Origin: Tubiluchus corallicola
Taxonomy: Eukaryota; Animalia; Priapulida
Assembly: GCA_030141605.1 (NCBI GenBank)
Contig: JAQGDQ010002411.1
Span: 6,021 to 70,020 of the forward strand
Reading direction: 5' to 3'
Length of the DNA: 64,000 nt
In this document: positions 26,824-36,636 of the stretch, one piece after another
How the letters are laid out: each line of letters starts with the position of its first letter
Numbering within the stretch: the stretch's first letter is position 1
Notes under the pieces: model-generated
Seen by the model: the letters and a program-made list of their open reading frames with translations, nothing else
Database searches by the model: none
Told to the model about the DNA's origin: nothing
Translations under genes and position numbers: made by a program

Positions 26824-28506
26824 CTAATAGTTGAAACTACTCCCGTACAAAAATTCTCTAATGATGGAAGTAGGTGGTATTTCTTCTAAGGGTATAGGCA
26901 AGAGGTATTCGAAAAATTTTAACAATCGTAGTGCTTCTGTATATTCAGGTTGATTTTCTTTTACTTGTAATAGTATGGGAGTAATATAGTTTTTTAAGGC
27001 TCCCAGCTCATAGAGTGTAGCAGAATTGAACATAACATCTGCTTCTTCTTGGAAAGGAAAGATATTCTTATCTTCACCCTGTCTCACACTTGTCCATCGT
27101 TTGATAGTTTCTTGTGCAGAGTAGTTGCGGTAGTTATAATCTCTTATTATTCTTCTTATCAATCTATTGTCAGCAGTGGGTATATAATTATGGTAGTCAA
27201 TAGATATAACTGTAAGAGCTGATACATATACCTTATATTTGACATGGTCAGGTATGGTCTTCGTCAGACGTGGCGTGAGAGCGTGTATTCCCTCCAAAAT
27301 AAGAATATTGTTAGGATGTAATTTCAATTTTGTTCCGTCGTAGTATCTTTTACCTTTTTCAAATGAAAATTTGGGTACCTCTATTTCTTCTCCTTGCATC
27401 AACTGATTAATATGATGGTTAAGTAGAGAAAGATCTAAAGCTTCAATGTTTTCAAAATCATATTCTCCGTTTTTGTCTTTTGGGGTATCTTCTCTGTTGA
27501 CAAAGTAATTGTCTATTGAAATTTTGATTGGTTTAAGACTTGAAGCTTTCAACTGAACAGACAAGCGTTTGGCAAAAGTTGTTTTTCCTGATGATGTGGG
27601 ACCTGATATAAGGATAAGTCGCACGTTCCCCTTCTCCTCTATTTTTTCAGCAATATTTACTATCTTTTTTTCTTGCAATGCTTCTGATATTTTGATAGCC
27701 TCTCCTATGTGTTTCTTCTTTATCCAGTGGTTTAAGTCTCCTATAGTGCTTATACCAAGTATTTCAGCCCATTTCTTATGTTCATTGAATATGTTGAATA
27801 GCTTGCCCCTTTTTATTACAGGTGTAAGTTGCTTTGGGTTTTCTCTCAAGGGCAATCTAAGTAATAAGCCTGTAAAATATTTTTCTACTTTGAAACCTTT
27901 CAAATAGCCTGTAGAAGGTGCAAGATAGCCGTAGAAATAGTCAATGGTATTTTGTAAATAATATACAGATGAGTATACTTTGGCACGGTCTTTTAGCAGG
28001 TTTATCTTGTCGGTCAGTCCTTGTTCTTCGAAATTTCTAATAGCTTTTTCAGTTTCCAATGATTCTCTGATAAAAGGTAAGTCTTGTTCTATAAGTTTAT
28101 GCATTTCATTGTTGAGGACTGCTATGTCTTCTACTGTTAGTTCAGAATTATTTTTGTTGATATGGCAAAACACTCCTTTAGAAATGGGATGGGATATGTG
28201 AAGAATATGTTGTGGAAAGAGCTTTTTGAAAGCAGTGTATAGAACAAAGCAGGTAGAGCGAGTATACATCCGCATACCATCGCTATGTGTAATGTCCAAA
28301 AACAAAATTCTTTTAGGTTTTACTATCCTATATGTGAGTTCTTGTAGCTCATTGTTCACCAAAGCTCCAAGTATGGTATGATTAAGTTCTATGTTTAGAT
28401 CTTGTGCTATGGCTTGCAATGGTGTTCCTATGGGGTAAGATTTTTTCTGCTGATTATTTTCACAGAATATCTCTGCTTGTTCAGTAAGTAACATTGTGTT
28501 TGGCAT
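26824..28506 (-). CDS. Nucleoside (uridine) kinase with ThrRS-like N-terminal region
   Basis: GALVNNEL, GMRMYTRS, ISGPTSSGKTT, LEGIHAL, RLIRRIIRD, IPPTSIIREF. The ORF-track TTG at 28539 sits in a TATATTTG promoter box, so the ATG at 28506 is preferred. Confidence 0.88.
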   Translation of the reverse strand: MPNTMLLTEQAEIFCENNQQKKSYPIGTPLQAIAQDLNIELNHTILGALVNNELQELTYRIVKPKRILFLDITHSDGMRMYTRSTCFVLYTAFKKLFPQHILHISHPISKGVFCHINKNNSELTVEDIAVLNNEMHKLIEQDLPFIRESLETEKAIRNFEEQGLTDKINLLKDRAKVYSSVYYLQNTIDYFYGYLAPSTGYLKGFKVEKYFTGLLLRLPLRENPKQLTPVIKRGKLFNIFNEHKKWAEILGISTIGDLNHWIKKKHIGEAIKISEALQEKKIVNIAEKIEEKGNVRLILISGPTSSGKTTFAKRLSVQLKASSLKPIKISIDNYFVNREDTPKDKNGEYDFENIEALDLSLLNHHINQLMQGEEIEVPKFSFEKGKRYYDGTKLKLHPNNILILEGIHALTPRLTKTIPDHVKYKVYVSALTVISIDYHNYIPTADNRLIRRIIRDYNYRNYSAQETIKRWTSVRQGEDKNIFPFQEEADVMFNSATLYELGALKNYITPILLQVKENQPEYTEALRLLKFFEYLLPIPLEEIPPTSIIREFLYGSSFNY

Positions 28507-28719
28507 ACTGGTATTTTTTCTAAAAAAGTTATAGAACAAATATAAACATTATATAGAGTTGTCAAAAAATAAGAAGCGAGGTTAATCAAAATATATTGCA
28601 TCTCCAAAACTACCGTTAAATATAGAAAAACAGACTGGTACTAGTGAGCTAGTAGATTGGAGGGGCAATAAGAAAAATGGATAGTAATATTAGTGGTTTG
28701 ATTAGTTTTGAAAGTGCTA

Positions 28720-29853
28720 CTAATTGTATTGTTTCTTGGTTTTTGATTTTATCAGTCTTAAGATCTCTAAAGCTATATTTTTTGCTGCGTTGTGTTTAGC
28801 AAGTTGTTTAATGTTGTTTTTCAGTGTTTGACATTTGTCTTTGTTTTCTAAGAGGTTCAGAGTCGTAGGAATCATTTGGGATATGGCGTGCTTATCTGTT
28901 ATTAGCAGGGCTGCATTCTTTTTTACTAAGGTTTGTGCATTTTTAGTTTGGTGGTCTTCAGCTACATTAGGTGAAGGTACAAGTATAGTAGGCTTAGCAA
29001 CAACACACAGTTCAGAGATAGCTCCAGCACCTGCTCTCGAAATAATAACGTCCGCCAATGTATAAGCGTAGTTCATCTCTTTAATAAAGGGTGTGATATG
29101 CATATTAGAGGCATTTTGTTTTTCTACTTCTGGTTTTAGTTGGCTATAATACAATTTTCCTGTCTGCCACAGTATTTGAACTCCTTTTTTATTTTTCAGA
29201 GCTTCTATATGTTTCAATATGGCTTGATTGATAGTTTTTGCTCCGAGACTGCCTCCTAACACGAGTATTGTCTTATTATTAGCTGTTAAGTTGAAGTGTG
29301 CCAAAGCCTCTTCTTTATTGGTGGTAGTATTAAGGTTTTCTCTTGTGGGGTTGCCTGTAAGAATAATATTCTTTTTAGGGAAGGTATGTTCCATTCCCTC
29401 GTAAGCAGTGAATATACGAGAGGCTTTCTTTGCCAGTAATTTGTTGGTGATGCCTGCATAGGAGTTTTGCTCTTGTATGACAATAGGTATTTTCAGCCTA
29501 TGGGCTTGGTACAATATAGCACCACTAGCATATCCACCTACTCCTACAACTATATCAGGTTTGTGTTCTTTGAGTAGATGTTTGGCTTTTATCAAGCTTT
29601 GCACAAGTTTAAAAACTGCCATTATATTTTTCAATATGCTCTGTGGAGAAAAAGAACGTTGTAAACCTCGTATAGGTAGTCCTATAATTTTAAATCCTGC
29701 TTGTGGTACTTGGTTCATCTCCATTTTTCCCTCTGCTCCTACAAAAAGAATATTTACAGCAGTGTCCTCCTTTTTTAGTGCTTGTGCTATGGCTATAGCT
29801 GGGAATATGTGTCCTCCCGTACCTCCACCTGATATGATGATTCTCTTTGCCAT
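28720..29853 (-). CDS. murG: Undecaprenyl-PP-MurNAc-pentapeptide N-acetylglucosamine transferase MurG
   Basis: ISGGGTGGHIFPA, GGYAS, EQNSYAGITN, GGSLGA, SRAGA, HQTKNA. Start MAKRII at 29853, with a promoter box TATATTTG at 29897-29904. Confidence 0.95.
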   Translation of the reverse strand: MAKRIIISGGGTGGHIFPAIAIAQALKKEDTAVNILFVGAEGKMEMNQVPQAGFKIIGLPIRGLQRSFSPQSILKNIMAVFKLVQSLIKAKHLLKEHKPDIVVGVGGYASGAILYQAHRLKIPIVIQEQNSYAGITNKLLAKKASRIFTAYEGMEHTFPKKNIILTGNPTRENLNTTTNKEEALAHFNLTANNKTILVLGGSLGAKTINQAILKHIEALKNKKGVQILWQTGKLYYSQLKPEVEKQNASNMHITPFIKEMNYAYTLADVIISRAGAGAISELCVVAKPTILVPSPNVAEDHQTKNAQTLVKKNAALLITDKHAISQMIPTTLNLLENKDKCQTLKNNIKQLAKHNAAKNIALEILRLIKSKTKKQYN

Positions 29854-30006
29854 TATGATTGTTATAGAATAAAATTTTAGAAAAATAAAGAATAGGCAAA
29901 TATATAGGAATTGGCTTAAGTAAGCAAACAATATTTATAGTATTTAGGCCATAGAAAATAGGATAAAATGGATAGGTTGATGTAATTCATTTGTAATTTT
30001 CAACTC

Positions 30007-31188
30007 TTAAGTTTCTTCTTTTAAGAAAACTAAATGCAAAAAGGTTAGAGCATAGAAAAAGGGTTTAGTAAAATATCCTTCGGAAAATCCTATGATAAAA
30101 ATAGCAAATAAAGCAAGTAGTGAAAATAGTATGCTAAAATTGTAATGCAAGCACATTTTACGAAATGTATAGTAAATAAGAAGAAAATAGAACAGAAATC
30201 CAATTGCTCCATAGGTAGCAAGATAATTGGTTATTCCGTTGTTCCTATGTATGATTGCTTTTACTTTCTTCCCTTTGAAACGTGTAAGTTCGTTGCGTCC
30301 CAGTCCTGTAAATGGATGTCTTGCCCAGTCTTTTATATCCAACATAGCACTACCAAACCGAGTATTGTATTGCTTCTGCTGGTAGTTCATACTTGCTTCT
30401 ACTTTATCACTTAAAAAGTCAGCTTTATTGTAAAAAAGTATTATCAAAGAGGCGAATATGGGTAGTGCTATTACTTTGTAAATAGATTGAATTCGAAGAG
30501 TGTAATAACTACCCAAAACAAACATAAGAGCAATAATACCTGTGGTAGATAGGGTAGAAATCAAAGCACCAATAAGCACAAGTGTTTTTATGTTATATAG
30601 GCTTTTCTTAACTATGATTTGAAACAAAAGGGCTACAATTAAAAAACCAGCAAAAGCTCCCGGTTCCCAAAAAGGACCTGAATTTCTTGGCACTAGTGCT
30701 TCTCCACTGTTAAAAGTATAAAGTATAATATCAGGGTGGTATGTGTAATTGACTACATCGAAAGGAGTTTTCATATGAGGAGCCACATTGCTAATGAAAA
30801 AATTATTGATACTGGGAAATATGAGTGATGGAAGAAAAATAACAAAACTAAATAATGAGAAAAATATAAGTATATTAATATAGTAGGAAATAAATTTTTT
30901 ATTCAGTATTTTGACTACAAGAAAGGCAAAAAATACCCTAATGTATAAACCAAGATAAGTACTGTAAGGAAAATAATTGAATTTAAGCATTTGAGTAATT
31001 TGTATAATGCTAAAAATAAGTAAATAAGTAATTAGGAATTTGTTTGTCCTTAGGTTTCTGAAATAAAACATAAGAGCTGATACAGCTGCAAAAGGAATAA
31101 GAAAAGTCATTCCTGATCTCATAAAAAAAGGTATACCTGAGGCAGCTACCAGCATAAATAATAGTAAGTAATCTAATTTTTTTTGCAT
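30007..31188 (-). CDS. O-antigen polymerase/ligase-like membrane protein (Wzy/WaaL type)
   Basis: About 10 TM segments, RNSGPFWEPGAFA, STLSTTG, HPFTGLG. Confidence 0.72.
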   Translation of the reverse strand: MQKKLDYLLLFMLVAASGIPFFMRSGMTFLIPFAAVSALMFYFRNLRTNKFLITYLLIFSIIQITQMLKFNYFPYSTYLGLYIRVFFAFLVVKILNKKFISYYINILIFFSLFSFVIFLPSLIFPSINNFFISNVAPHMKTPFDVVNYTYHPDIILYTFNSGEALVPRNSGPFWEPGAFAGFLIVALLFQIIVKKSLYNIKTLVLIGALISTLSTTGIIALMFVLGSYYTLRIQSIYKVIALPIFASLIILFYNKADFLSDKVEASMNYQQKQYNTRFGSAMLDIKDWARHPFTGLGRNELTRFKGKKVKAIIHRNNGITNYLATYGAIGFLFYFLLIYYTFRKMCLHYNFSILFSLLALFAIFIIGFSEGYFTKPFFYALTFLHLVFLKEET

Positions 31189-31210
31189 TTTGAATTAGGT
31201 TTTAAAACTA

Positions 31211-32452
31211 TTAAGCGTTATATATACATTCTTGATACAGTTTTTTATACTGTGGTGCTATTACCTCATTGGCGTATTGCTTTTTCACTTTTTTTCTTGC
31301 ATGTGCTGAGTAGTGTTTTAACATTTCTGTATTACTCAACAAGTGATTAATACCATTGGCAAGGTCATCTTTACTTCTTAGCTTAGCAAGATAACCATTT
31401 GTTTTATGGTCTATCATATCAGAATTGCCCCCTACATCAAAGGCCACTATGGGTGTTCCACAAGCCATTGCCTCCATAATGACACAGGATAGGTTTTCTT
31501 GTAGCGACGGCACTATGGCAATGTCTGCTGCCGAATATATAATAGGAAAGCTTATATCATCGGTAATAGTACCAAGGAAATGCGATTTTAGTTTAGTGTC
31601 GTACTGAGTAGTATCTGTTCCACCTATTATTAATAGTTCTGTATCGGTTCTATTAACTTTTTTCAGTGCTTGGGTAAGGTAATGAAAGCCTTTTCTTTCG
31701 TCAGAGGTAGAGGACATTGCGGTAAAGAGGATTAATTTCTTATTTGTAGGTAGATTAAGGATTTTACAGGCTTGTTTTTTGTCCATTGGTTTATATTGTT
31801 CGGTATCTATTGCATTAGGTAAGGTAATGGTTTTCACTTCTTTGAACAAAGTGCTTTGGGAAGCACAGCGAGTAAGCCAGTGGCTAAGTCCTATTACTGT
31901 TAGATTTGGTGTTTTTTTTATTGTGTAAATCTTCTTTTTCAATTGTCTGTATGTAAGGTCTTTTTTATTTTTTGATTTTAGGATGGGACAATTACCACAA
32001 TATTGTGTGTAACGTCCGCACTCGTTATCATAATGACAACCACCTGTAAAGTTCCACATATCGTGAAGGCTAAGCACAATAGGTTTATTCAGTTTTTTCA
32101 AGTCTTGGAATTTAAAAAATCCTCTGTTGTACCAATGAAAGTGTACCACATCAGGATTTATTTTACGTATATAAGGTATCAGGTTTTCACCTGTCAGTGT
32201 AGTTGAGAATATTGCCTTTGCTCTTTTAGGGTAGTATTTTAAAGGCAATTTGTTGATGTAGTGGTAAGCTTCTTTGAAAGTTTTTTGAATCGTAGTATTG
32301 GCAGTAGCTACAGTGTGGGGGTCTAAAGTGTTTCTTGTACGTGTGAGTAATGTCGAATCTATTTGATTATTGAGCAGGGCTTGATGCAAGCGAAAAGTAG
32401 CTTTAGCAGCGCCTCCATCAATATCGTTGGTTGATATTAGCAATACTTTCAT
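31211..32452 (-). CDS. Glycosyltransferase family 4 (WcaC-like)
   Basis: GGAAKATFRLH, LHDMWNFTGGCHY...CGNCP, RKGF, ENLSCVIMEAMACGTP. Confidence 0.9.
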   Translation of the reverse strand: MKVLLISTNDIDGGAAKATFRLHQALLNNQIDSTLLTRTRNTLDPHTVATANTTIQKTFKEAYHYINKLPLKYYPKRAKAIFSTTLTGENLIPYIRKINPDVVHFHWYNRGFFKFQDLKKLNKPIVLSLHDMWNFTGGCHYDNECGRYTQYCGNCPILKSKNKKDLTYRQLKKKIYTIKKTPNLTVIGLSHWLTRCASQSTLFKEVKTITLPNAIDTEQYKPMDKKQACKILNLPTNKKLILFTAMSSTSDERKGFHYLTQALKKVNRTDTELLIIGGTDTTQYDTKLKSHFLGTITDDISFPIIYSAADIAIVPSLQENLSCVIMEAMACGTPIVAFDVGGNSDMIDHKTNGYLAKLRSKDDLANGINHLLSNTEMLKHYSAHARKKVKKQYANEVIAPQYKKLYQECIYNA

Positions 32453-32571
32453 TTAGGTTTTGAGTTTGAAATGTATTATTAATAAAGTTTTTTCTAAGCA
32501 GGTTAAGGTTTGTTGTTACATTAGCTTGATTTTAGGCGTCTTACAACATTTATCCTGTATTTGTATTTTTT

Positions 32572-33096
32572 TTATATTTCTAACAATCCTTCTGGCAATT
32601 TCATTTGCACTATTTTTTTTTTGTCATCTACTGCTACAATCATATCTTCATTGGCAGGTATTAATATCTCCTTACCCTTATATATTACTTGAAAAAGACT
32701 ATTTTTTGGGAATTCTACTAACTGTTGAATTTCGCCTATTACACCGTGCCATTTATCTACAACTTTATACTTTTGCAAAGTTCTTAATATATTTTCAGAA
32801 GAGGAAAAATTTTGAGGAATAAACGGTTTTTCTACATAAATTTTTTTGTTAAAAAACTGTTGAGCTCTATTATCAGTATCAATATCTTCTAACTTAACAA
32901 TAAAACTTTTATGGTTTTTAACTTTTGCATTTTGTATAAAGAAAGGAATAAAACGTTGGTCGATTTTTACCAATAGGTATCTTAAAGTATGAAAATAATT
33001 GTAAAAATATGGCTCTATCTTTATTGTCAAACTTCCTTTATTACCATAGGTTTTTAGGATTACTCCAATATTTTCACAGTCTTTAGGGTTTATCAT
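32572..33096 (-). CDS. rimM: Ribosome maturation factor RimM
   Basis: IGVILKTYGNKG, EILIPANEDMI, LPEGLLE. Downstream of rpsP. Confidence 0.9.
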   Translation of the reverse strand: MINPKDCENIGVILKTYGNKGSLTIKIEPYFYNYFHTLRYLLVKIDQRFIPFFIQNAKVKNHKSFIVKLEDIDTDNRAQQFFNKKIYVEKPFIPQNFSSSENILRTLQKYKVVDKWHGVIGEIQQLVEFPKNSLFQVIYKGKEILIPANEDMIVAVDDKKKIVQMKLPEGLLEI

Positions 33097-33122
33097 ATTG
33101 CAATATAATACATTTTAAAACT

Positions 33123-33158
33123 AAAAAAGCCTCTGTTTTTAAAAATAGAGGCTTTTTT
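33123..33158 (-). terminator. Intrinsic terminator between rpsP and rimM
   Basis: AAAAAAGCCTCT/AGAGGCTTTTTT inverted repeat with flanking A and T tracts. Confidence 0.82.
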
Positions 33159-33182
33159 GTAGTTTGGTCTTTATATGTACTA

Positions 33183-33995
33183 TTACTCTTGGGGAGGTTC
33201 CTTTTCTTTTTTCTCTTTTGTTTCTTCCTTAGGAGTTTCTGCTTTTGCTTCTTTCTTTTCTTCAGCTTTTGCTTCTTCCTTGGGAGCTTCTGCTTTTACT
33301 TCTTTCTTTTCTTCAGCTTTTGCTTCTTCCTTGGGAGCTTCTGCTTTTACTTCTTTCTTTTCTTCAGTCTTTTTTTCTTCCTTGGGAGCTTCTGCTTTTA
33401 CTTCTTTCTTTTCTTCAGTCTTTTTTTCTTCCTTGGGAGCTTCTGCTTTTACTTCTTTCTTTTCTTCAGCCTTTGCTTCTTCTTTAGGAGCTTCTGCTTG
33501 TTGTGGTTCTTCTTGCTCTTTCAATTGTTGCGCCAAATCTGAGTTTTTCTCTGCTATTTTTTTTGCTCTCTCTTGTTTTATCTTTGTTTCTTTCGCGAGT
33601 GCTTCTTTTTTGGCTGTTTCTTCCTCTTTAATTTGCTTCTCTCTTTGGCCTTTTATATTTGCTTCTTTCTCTTGCAACCATTGATTGAATTTTTCTTCGG
33701 CTTTGGTTTCATCAAATGCTCCTTTTTTCACTCCTTCTAAGAGGTGTTTTTTGAGCATTACCCCTTTTTTTGACAAAATAGAACGCACGGTATCCGAAGG
33801 TTGTGCTCCTACTTGCATCCAATACAATGCTCTATCAAATTGCAAATCAATAATAGGAGGATGCACATTAGGGTTATAACTACCAACTCGTTCTATAAAT
33901 TTTCCATCTCTTTTGGCTCTACTATCCGCTACTACAATATGATAAAAAGGATATCCTTTTTTACCGTGCCTTGCCAATCTTATTCTTGTGGGCAT
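33183..33995 (-). CDS. rpsP: 30S ribosomal protein S16 with long repetitive C-terminal extension
   Basis: [47 protein letters not shown]. Confidence 0.97.
   Translation of the reverse strand: MPTRIRLARHGKKGYPFYHIVVADSRAKRDGKFIERVGSYNPNVHPPIIDLQFDRALYWMQVGAQPSDTVRSILSKKGVMLKKHLLEGVKKGAFDETKAEEKFNQWLQEKEANIKGQREKQIKEEETAKKEALAKETKIKQERAKKIAEKNSDLAQQLKEQEEPQQAEAPKEEAKAEEKKEVKAEAPKEEKKTEEKKEVKAEAPKEEKKTEEKKEVKAEAPKEEAKAEEKKEVKAEAPKEEAKAEEKKEAKAETPKEETKEKKEKEPPQE
33201..33497 (-). repeat. 51-bp (17-aa) tandem repeat, 5 full copies plus a partial copy, inside rpsP
   Basis: AEAPKEE(AKA/KKT)EEKKE(V/A)K units. Confidence 0.93.
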
Positions 33996-34057
33996 ATAAA
34001 ATAAAGTTTTTCTTCTAAAATTTATTAATACTATATATTTCTGTATGTAAAGTGCGG

Positions 34058-34088
34058 CAAAGTTACATATTTTTTATCATTTGTCAAA
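34058..34088 (-). promoter_or_regulatory. rpsP promoter (-7 TAACTTTG, -33 TTTG)
   Basis: TAnnTTTG at 34058-34065 and TTTG at 34085-34088, with 19-nt spacing. Confidence 0.78.
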
Positions 34089-34441
34089 TAAGTTTACTTA
34101 TTATTTTTATGATTAAGAAAAAGAATGCTTAAAATGGTTGTTTGTAATGTATTATGTAGTGCTTGCATAGCCCCATTTTGTCCATAATTTATAAATTTAA
34201 CAACTGTAAGTATATTGCCTGCTATCAACTTGCATATCGTTCCTCAAAATATTACTTTTGCAGTTTAATTTATATAAATTTTAAATAGTAATGTGTAAGG
34301 TTTGCACAACCTTGATTTAATTTATTTCTTTTTTTATTATCTTTTGCAGTGGTCTTTGGTAGTGTGAGGAAGACTAAAAACTATAGAAGTACTAAGAGAA
34401 AATGGCTACTGGTGTTTTTATCATATTATTAACATAAATTA

Positions 34442-35488
34442 ATGTCATCAACAAATTTTATGAAACATACAGAAATATCTACATTGGGCGAGTTTGGTTT
34501 GATAGACCATTTGACAAAAAATATAAAATTACAGCATCCTTCTACTGTTAAGGGAGTAGGGGATGATGCAGCTGTTTTAAGTTATGAGAATAAGCAAACT
34601 GTAGTTACTACTGATTTGTTGACGGAGGGTATTCATTTTGACCTTAGTTATGTCCCTTTAAAACACTTAGGTTACAAGGTGGCAGTAGTAAATTTCTCAG
34701 ATGTGTATGCTATGAATGGCGTTCCAAAACAGTTGTTAATTACAATTGGGGTTTCCAAACGTTTTTCAGTGGAAATGATAGAGGAGTTGTATAAGGGTAT
34801 TTGTTTAGCTTGTGAGGTATATGGGGTCGATTTTGTGGGAGGGGATACTTCTGCTTCATTGACGGGTTTGCATATTACAGCAACAGCTGTGGGGGAAGTA
34901 GCGAAAAATGATGTAACTTTAAGGAGTGGAGCAAAGGTAGATGATTTAGTTTGTGTAACAGGTGATTTGGGAGGAGCCTATATGGGGCTTCAAGTGTTGG
35001 AGAGGGAGAAGAAAATATTTAGGGAGGAAAGTACTGTGCAACCTAAGTTGGAGGGCTATGACTATATATTGGAGCGGCAGTTGAAACCAGAGGCGAGAAA
35101 AGATATTGTGAAATATCTTAAAAAAATGGAGGTAAAACCTACTTCTATGATTGATGTGTCGGATGGCTTAGCAAGCGAGTTGCTGCATCTGTGCAAACAA
35201 TCTGGTGTGGGGTGTAAGGTGTATGAAAACAAAATACCTATTAATGAACAGACGGGTAAAGTAGCAAACGAAATGAATATTAGTCCAATAACTTGTGCTT
35301 TGAATGGTGGTGAGGACTATGAGTTGCTTTTTACTGTCAAACCAAAGGATGTAGAAAAGTTTTATGCTTCTACGGAGATTAGTGTTATTGGTCAAATAAC
35401 GGATGAAAAAGAAGGTGGCCACCTAGTAACTACTGATGGAAAGGAGATAAAATTAAAAGCACAAGGATGGAATTCTTTGACGGAATAA
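34442..35488 (+). CDS. thiL: Thiamine-phosphate kinase ThiL
   Basis: GEFGLID, GVGDDAAV, GGDT, MIDVSDGLASE, GGEDYELLFT. Confidence 0.95.
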   Translation: MSSTNFMKHTEISTLGEFGLIDHLTKNIKLQHPSTVKGVGDDAAVLSYENKQTVVTTDLLTEGIHFDLSYVPLKHLGYKVAVVNFSDVYAMNGVPKQLLITIGVSKRFSVEMIEELYKGICLACEVYGVDFVGGDTSASLTGLHITATAVGEVAKNDVTLRSGAKVDDLVCVTGDLGGAYMGLQVLEREKKIFREESTVQPKLEGYDYILERQLKPEARKDIVKYLKKMEVKPTSMIDVSDGLASELLHLCKQSGVGCKVYENKIPINEQTGKVANEMNISPITCALNGGEDYELLFTVKPKDVEKFYASTEISVIGQITDEKEGGHLVTTDGKEIKLKAQGWNSLTE

Positions 35489-35543
35489 AAATTAGGAGCT
35501 ATGTTTTTGTAACAAGTAGTATTTTCTAAATTTTTTCTTTTTG

Positions 35544-36527
35544 CTATTTATCTTTTAATTCTATAACTATTTTTCCTATTGTTGTTCCTGTTTCTATTTG
35601 TTGGTGAGCTTTTTGTATGTTTTTTGTAGTTAAGCCTTTCAGGGTTTGCGTGAGAGTATGTTGAATAATATTCTGCTCTATAAGTTGAGCTACTTGTTTA
35701 AGTATGCGATGGTGTTGTATCATATCAGGAGTTTGGTAAATGGGACGAGCTGCCATAAACTCCCATACTACAAATTGATTTTTGGGTTTGTAAAGGTTGA
35801 TATTGAGTGGCGTAGGGGAGTCGTCTAAGTAACAAACACCACCATTGAGTTTAAGTAATTCAGGTATTTTATCCCAGTATTGAGCGATGTATATAGTACA
35901 AAAAATAGCATCTACTTCAGTTATATTGATGTTTTGTAACTGTGTTTTAAGGTCTTGCTTGTGGTCGATAATATGGTCTGCTCCCATTTTTTTACACCAC
36001 ATCTGACTTTCTGGTCGTGAAGCTGTAGCTACTACGGTTAATCCTGCCCATTTGGCAAGTTGTATGGCTATTGAGCCCACGCCTCCTGCTCCGTTAATAA
36101 TAAGCAAGGTTTTGTTTTTATTGTTTTGAGTAGGTAGTCTTAGCCGTTCAAAAAGGGCTTCATAAGCGGTAAGAGCGGTAAGGGGTAGGGCGGCTGCTTC
36201 TGTATTAGATAGGTTGTGAGGTGCAAGTGCTACGAGACGTTCATCTACGAGTTGGTATTCAGCGTTGGAGCCGTCTTTTTGCAAGTTACCCGAATAATAT
36301 ATTCGGTCTCCTTTTTTAAATAGAGTTACTTTTTCGCCTGTGGCTTCTACTATTCCGCAGGCATCGTATCCTGCTACGAAGGGTTCTGTTTTTCGTTGTC
36401 GTAGTTTAGTGTCAATAGGATTAATTCCAGTAGCTTTTACTTTTACAAGTAAGTTATATGCTGTGGGTGTAGTTGTAGGTTTTTCTATTTCTTGGTAGGT
36501 GTTTTGGGTGATTTGTATTGTTTTCAT
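35544..36527 (-). CDS. Zinc-binding alcohol dehydrogenase / quinone oxidoreductase family protein
   Basis: INPIDTK, GSNAEYQLVDERLVA, AAALPLTALTAYEALF, INGAGGVGSIAIQLA. Confidence 0.9.
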   Translation of the reverse strand: MKTIQITQNTYQEIEKPTTTPTAYNLLVKVKATGINPIDTKLRQRKTEPFVAGYDACGIVEATGEKVTLFKKGDRIYYSGNLQKDGSNAEYQLVDERLVALAPHNLSNTEAAALPLTALTAYEALFERLRLPTQNNKNKTLLIINGAGGVGSIAIQLAKWAGLTVVATASRPESQMWCKKMGADHIIDHKQDLKTQLQNINITEVDAIFCTIYIAQYWDKIPELLKLNGGVCYLDDSPTPLNINLYKPKNQFVVWEFMAARPIYQTPDMIQHHRILKQVAQLIEQNIIQHTLTQTLKGLTTKNIQKAHQQIETGTTIGKIVIELKDK

Positions 36528-36636
36528 TGGGTTATTGTTTGTTTATATGTTTCATCACTTTGTCTTATTTGGTGATTGGCATTTAATATTAGGGTGTTTC
36601 TTCGAGCTTTTGTAAAGAAAAATTGCAACTTGGTTT

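Noticed and set aside
28507-28544. ORF-track TTG/upstream starts at 28539, 49470 and 51039, and long extensions of murG, rsmD, folP and the sugar dehydrogenase
   Set aside because: The TTG codons are part of TAnnTTTG promoter boxes, or the extensions run over promoter/intergenic DNA or neighbouring genes. Downstream starts fit the families better.
33175-33684. Long antisense ORFs over rpsP, and similar shadow ORFs over pstB, tonB, nhaA and others
   Set aside because: Low-complexity reverse translations of real genes, favoured by repeats and strand bias. They carry no motifs.
34260-34441. TPP riboswitch upstream of thiL
   Set aside because: No CTGAGA or AACCTGA...GCG.AGG core is visible.
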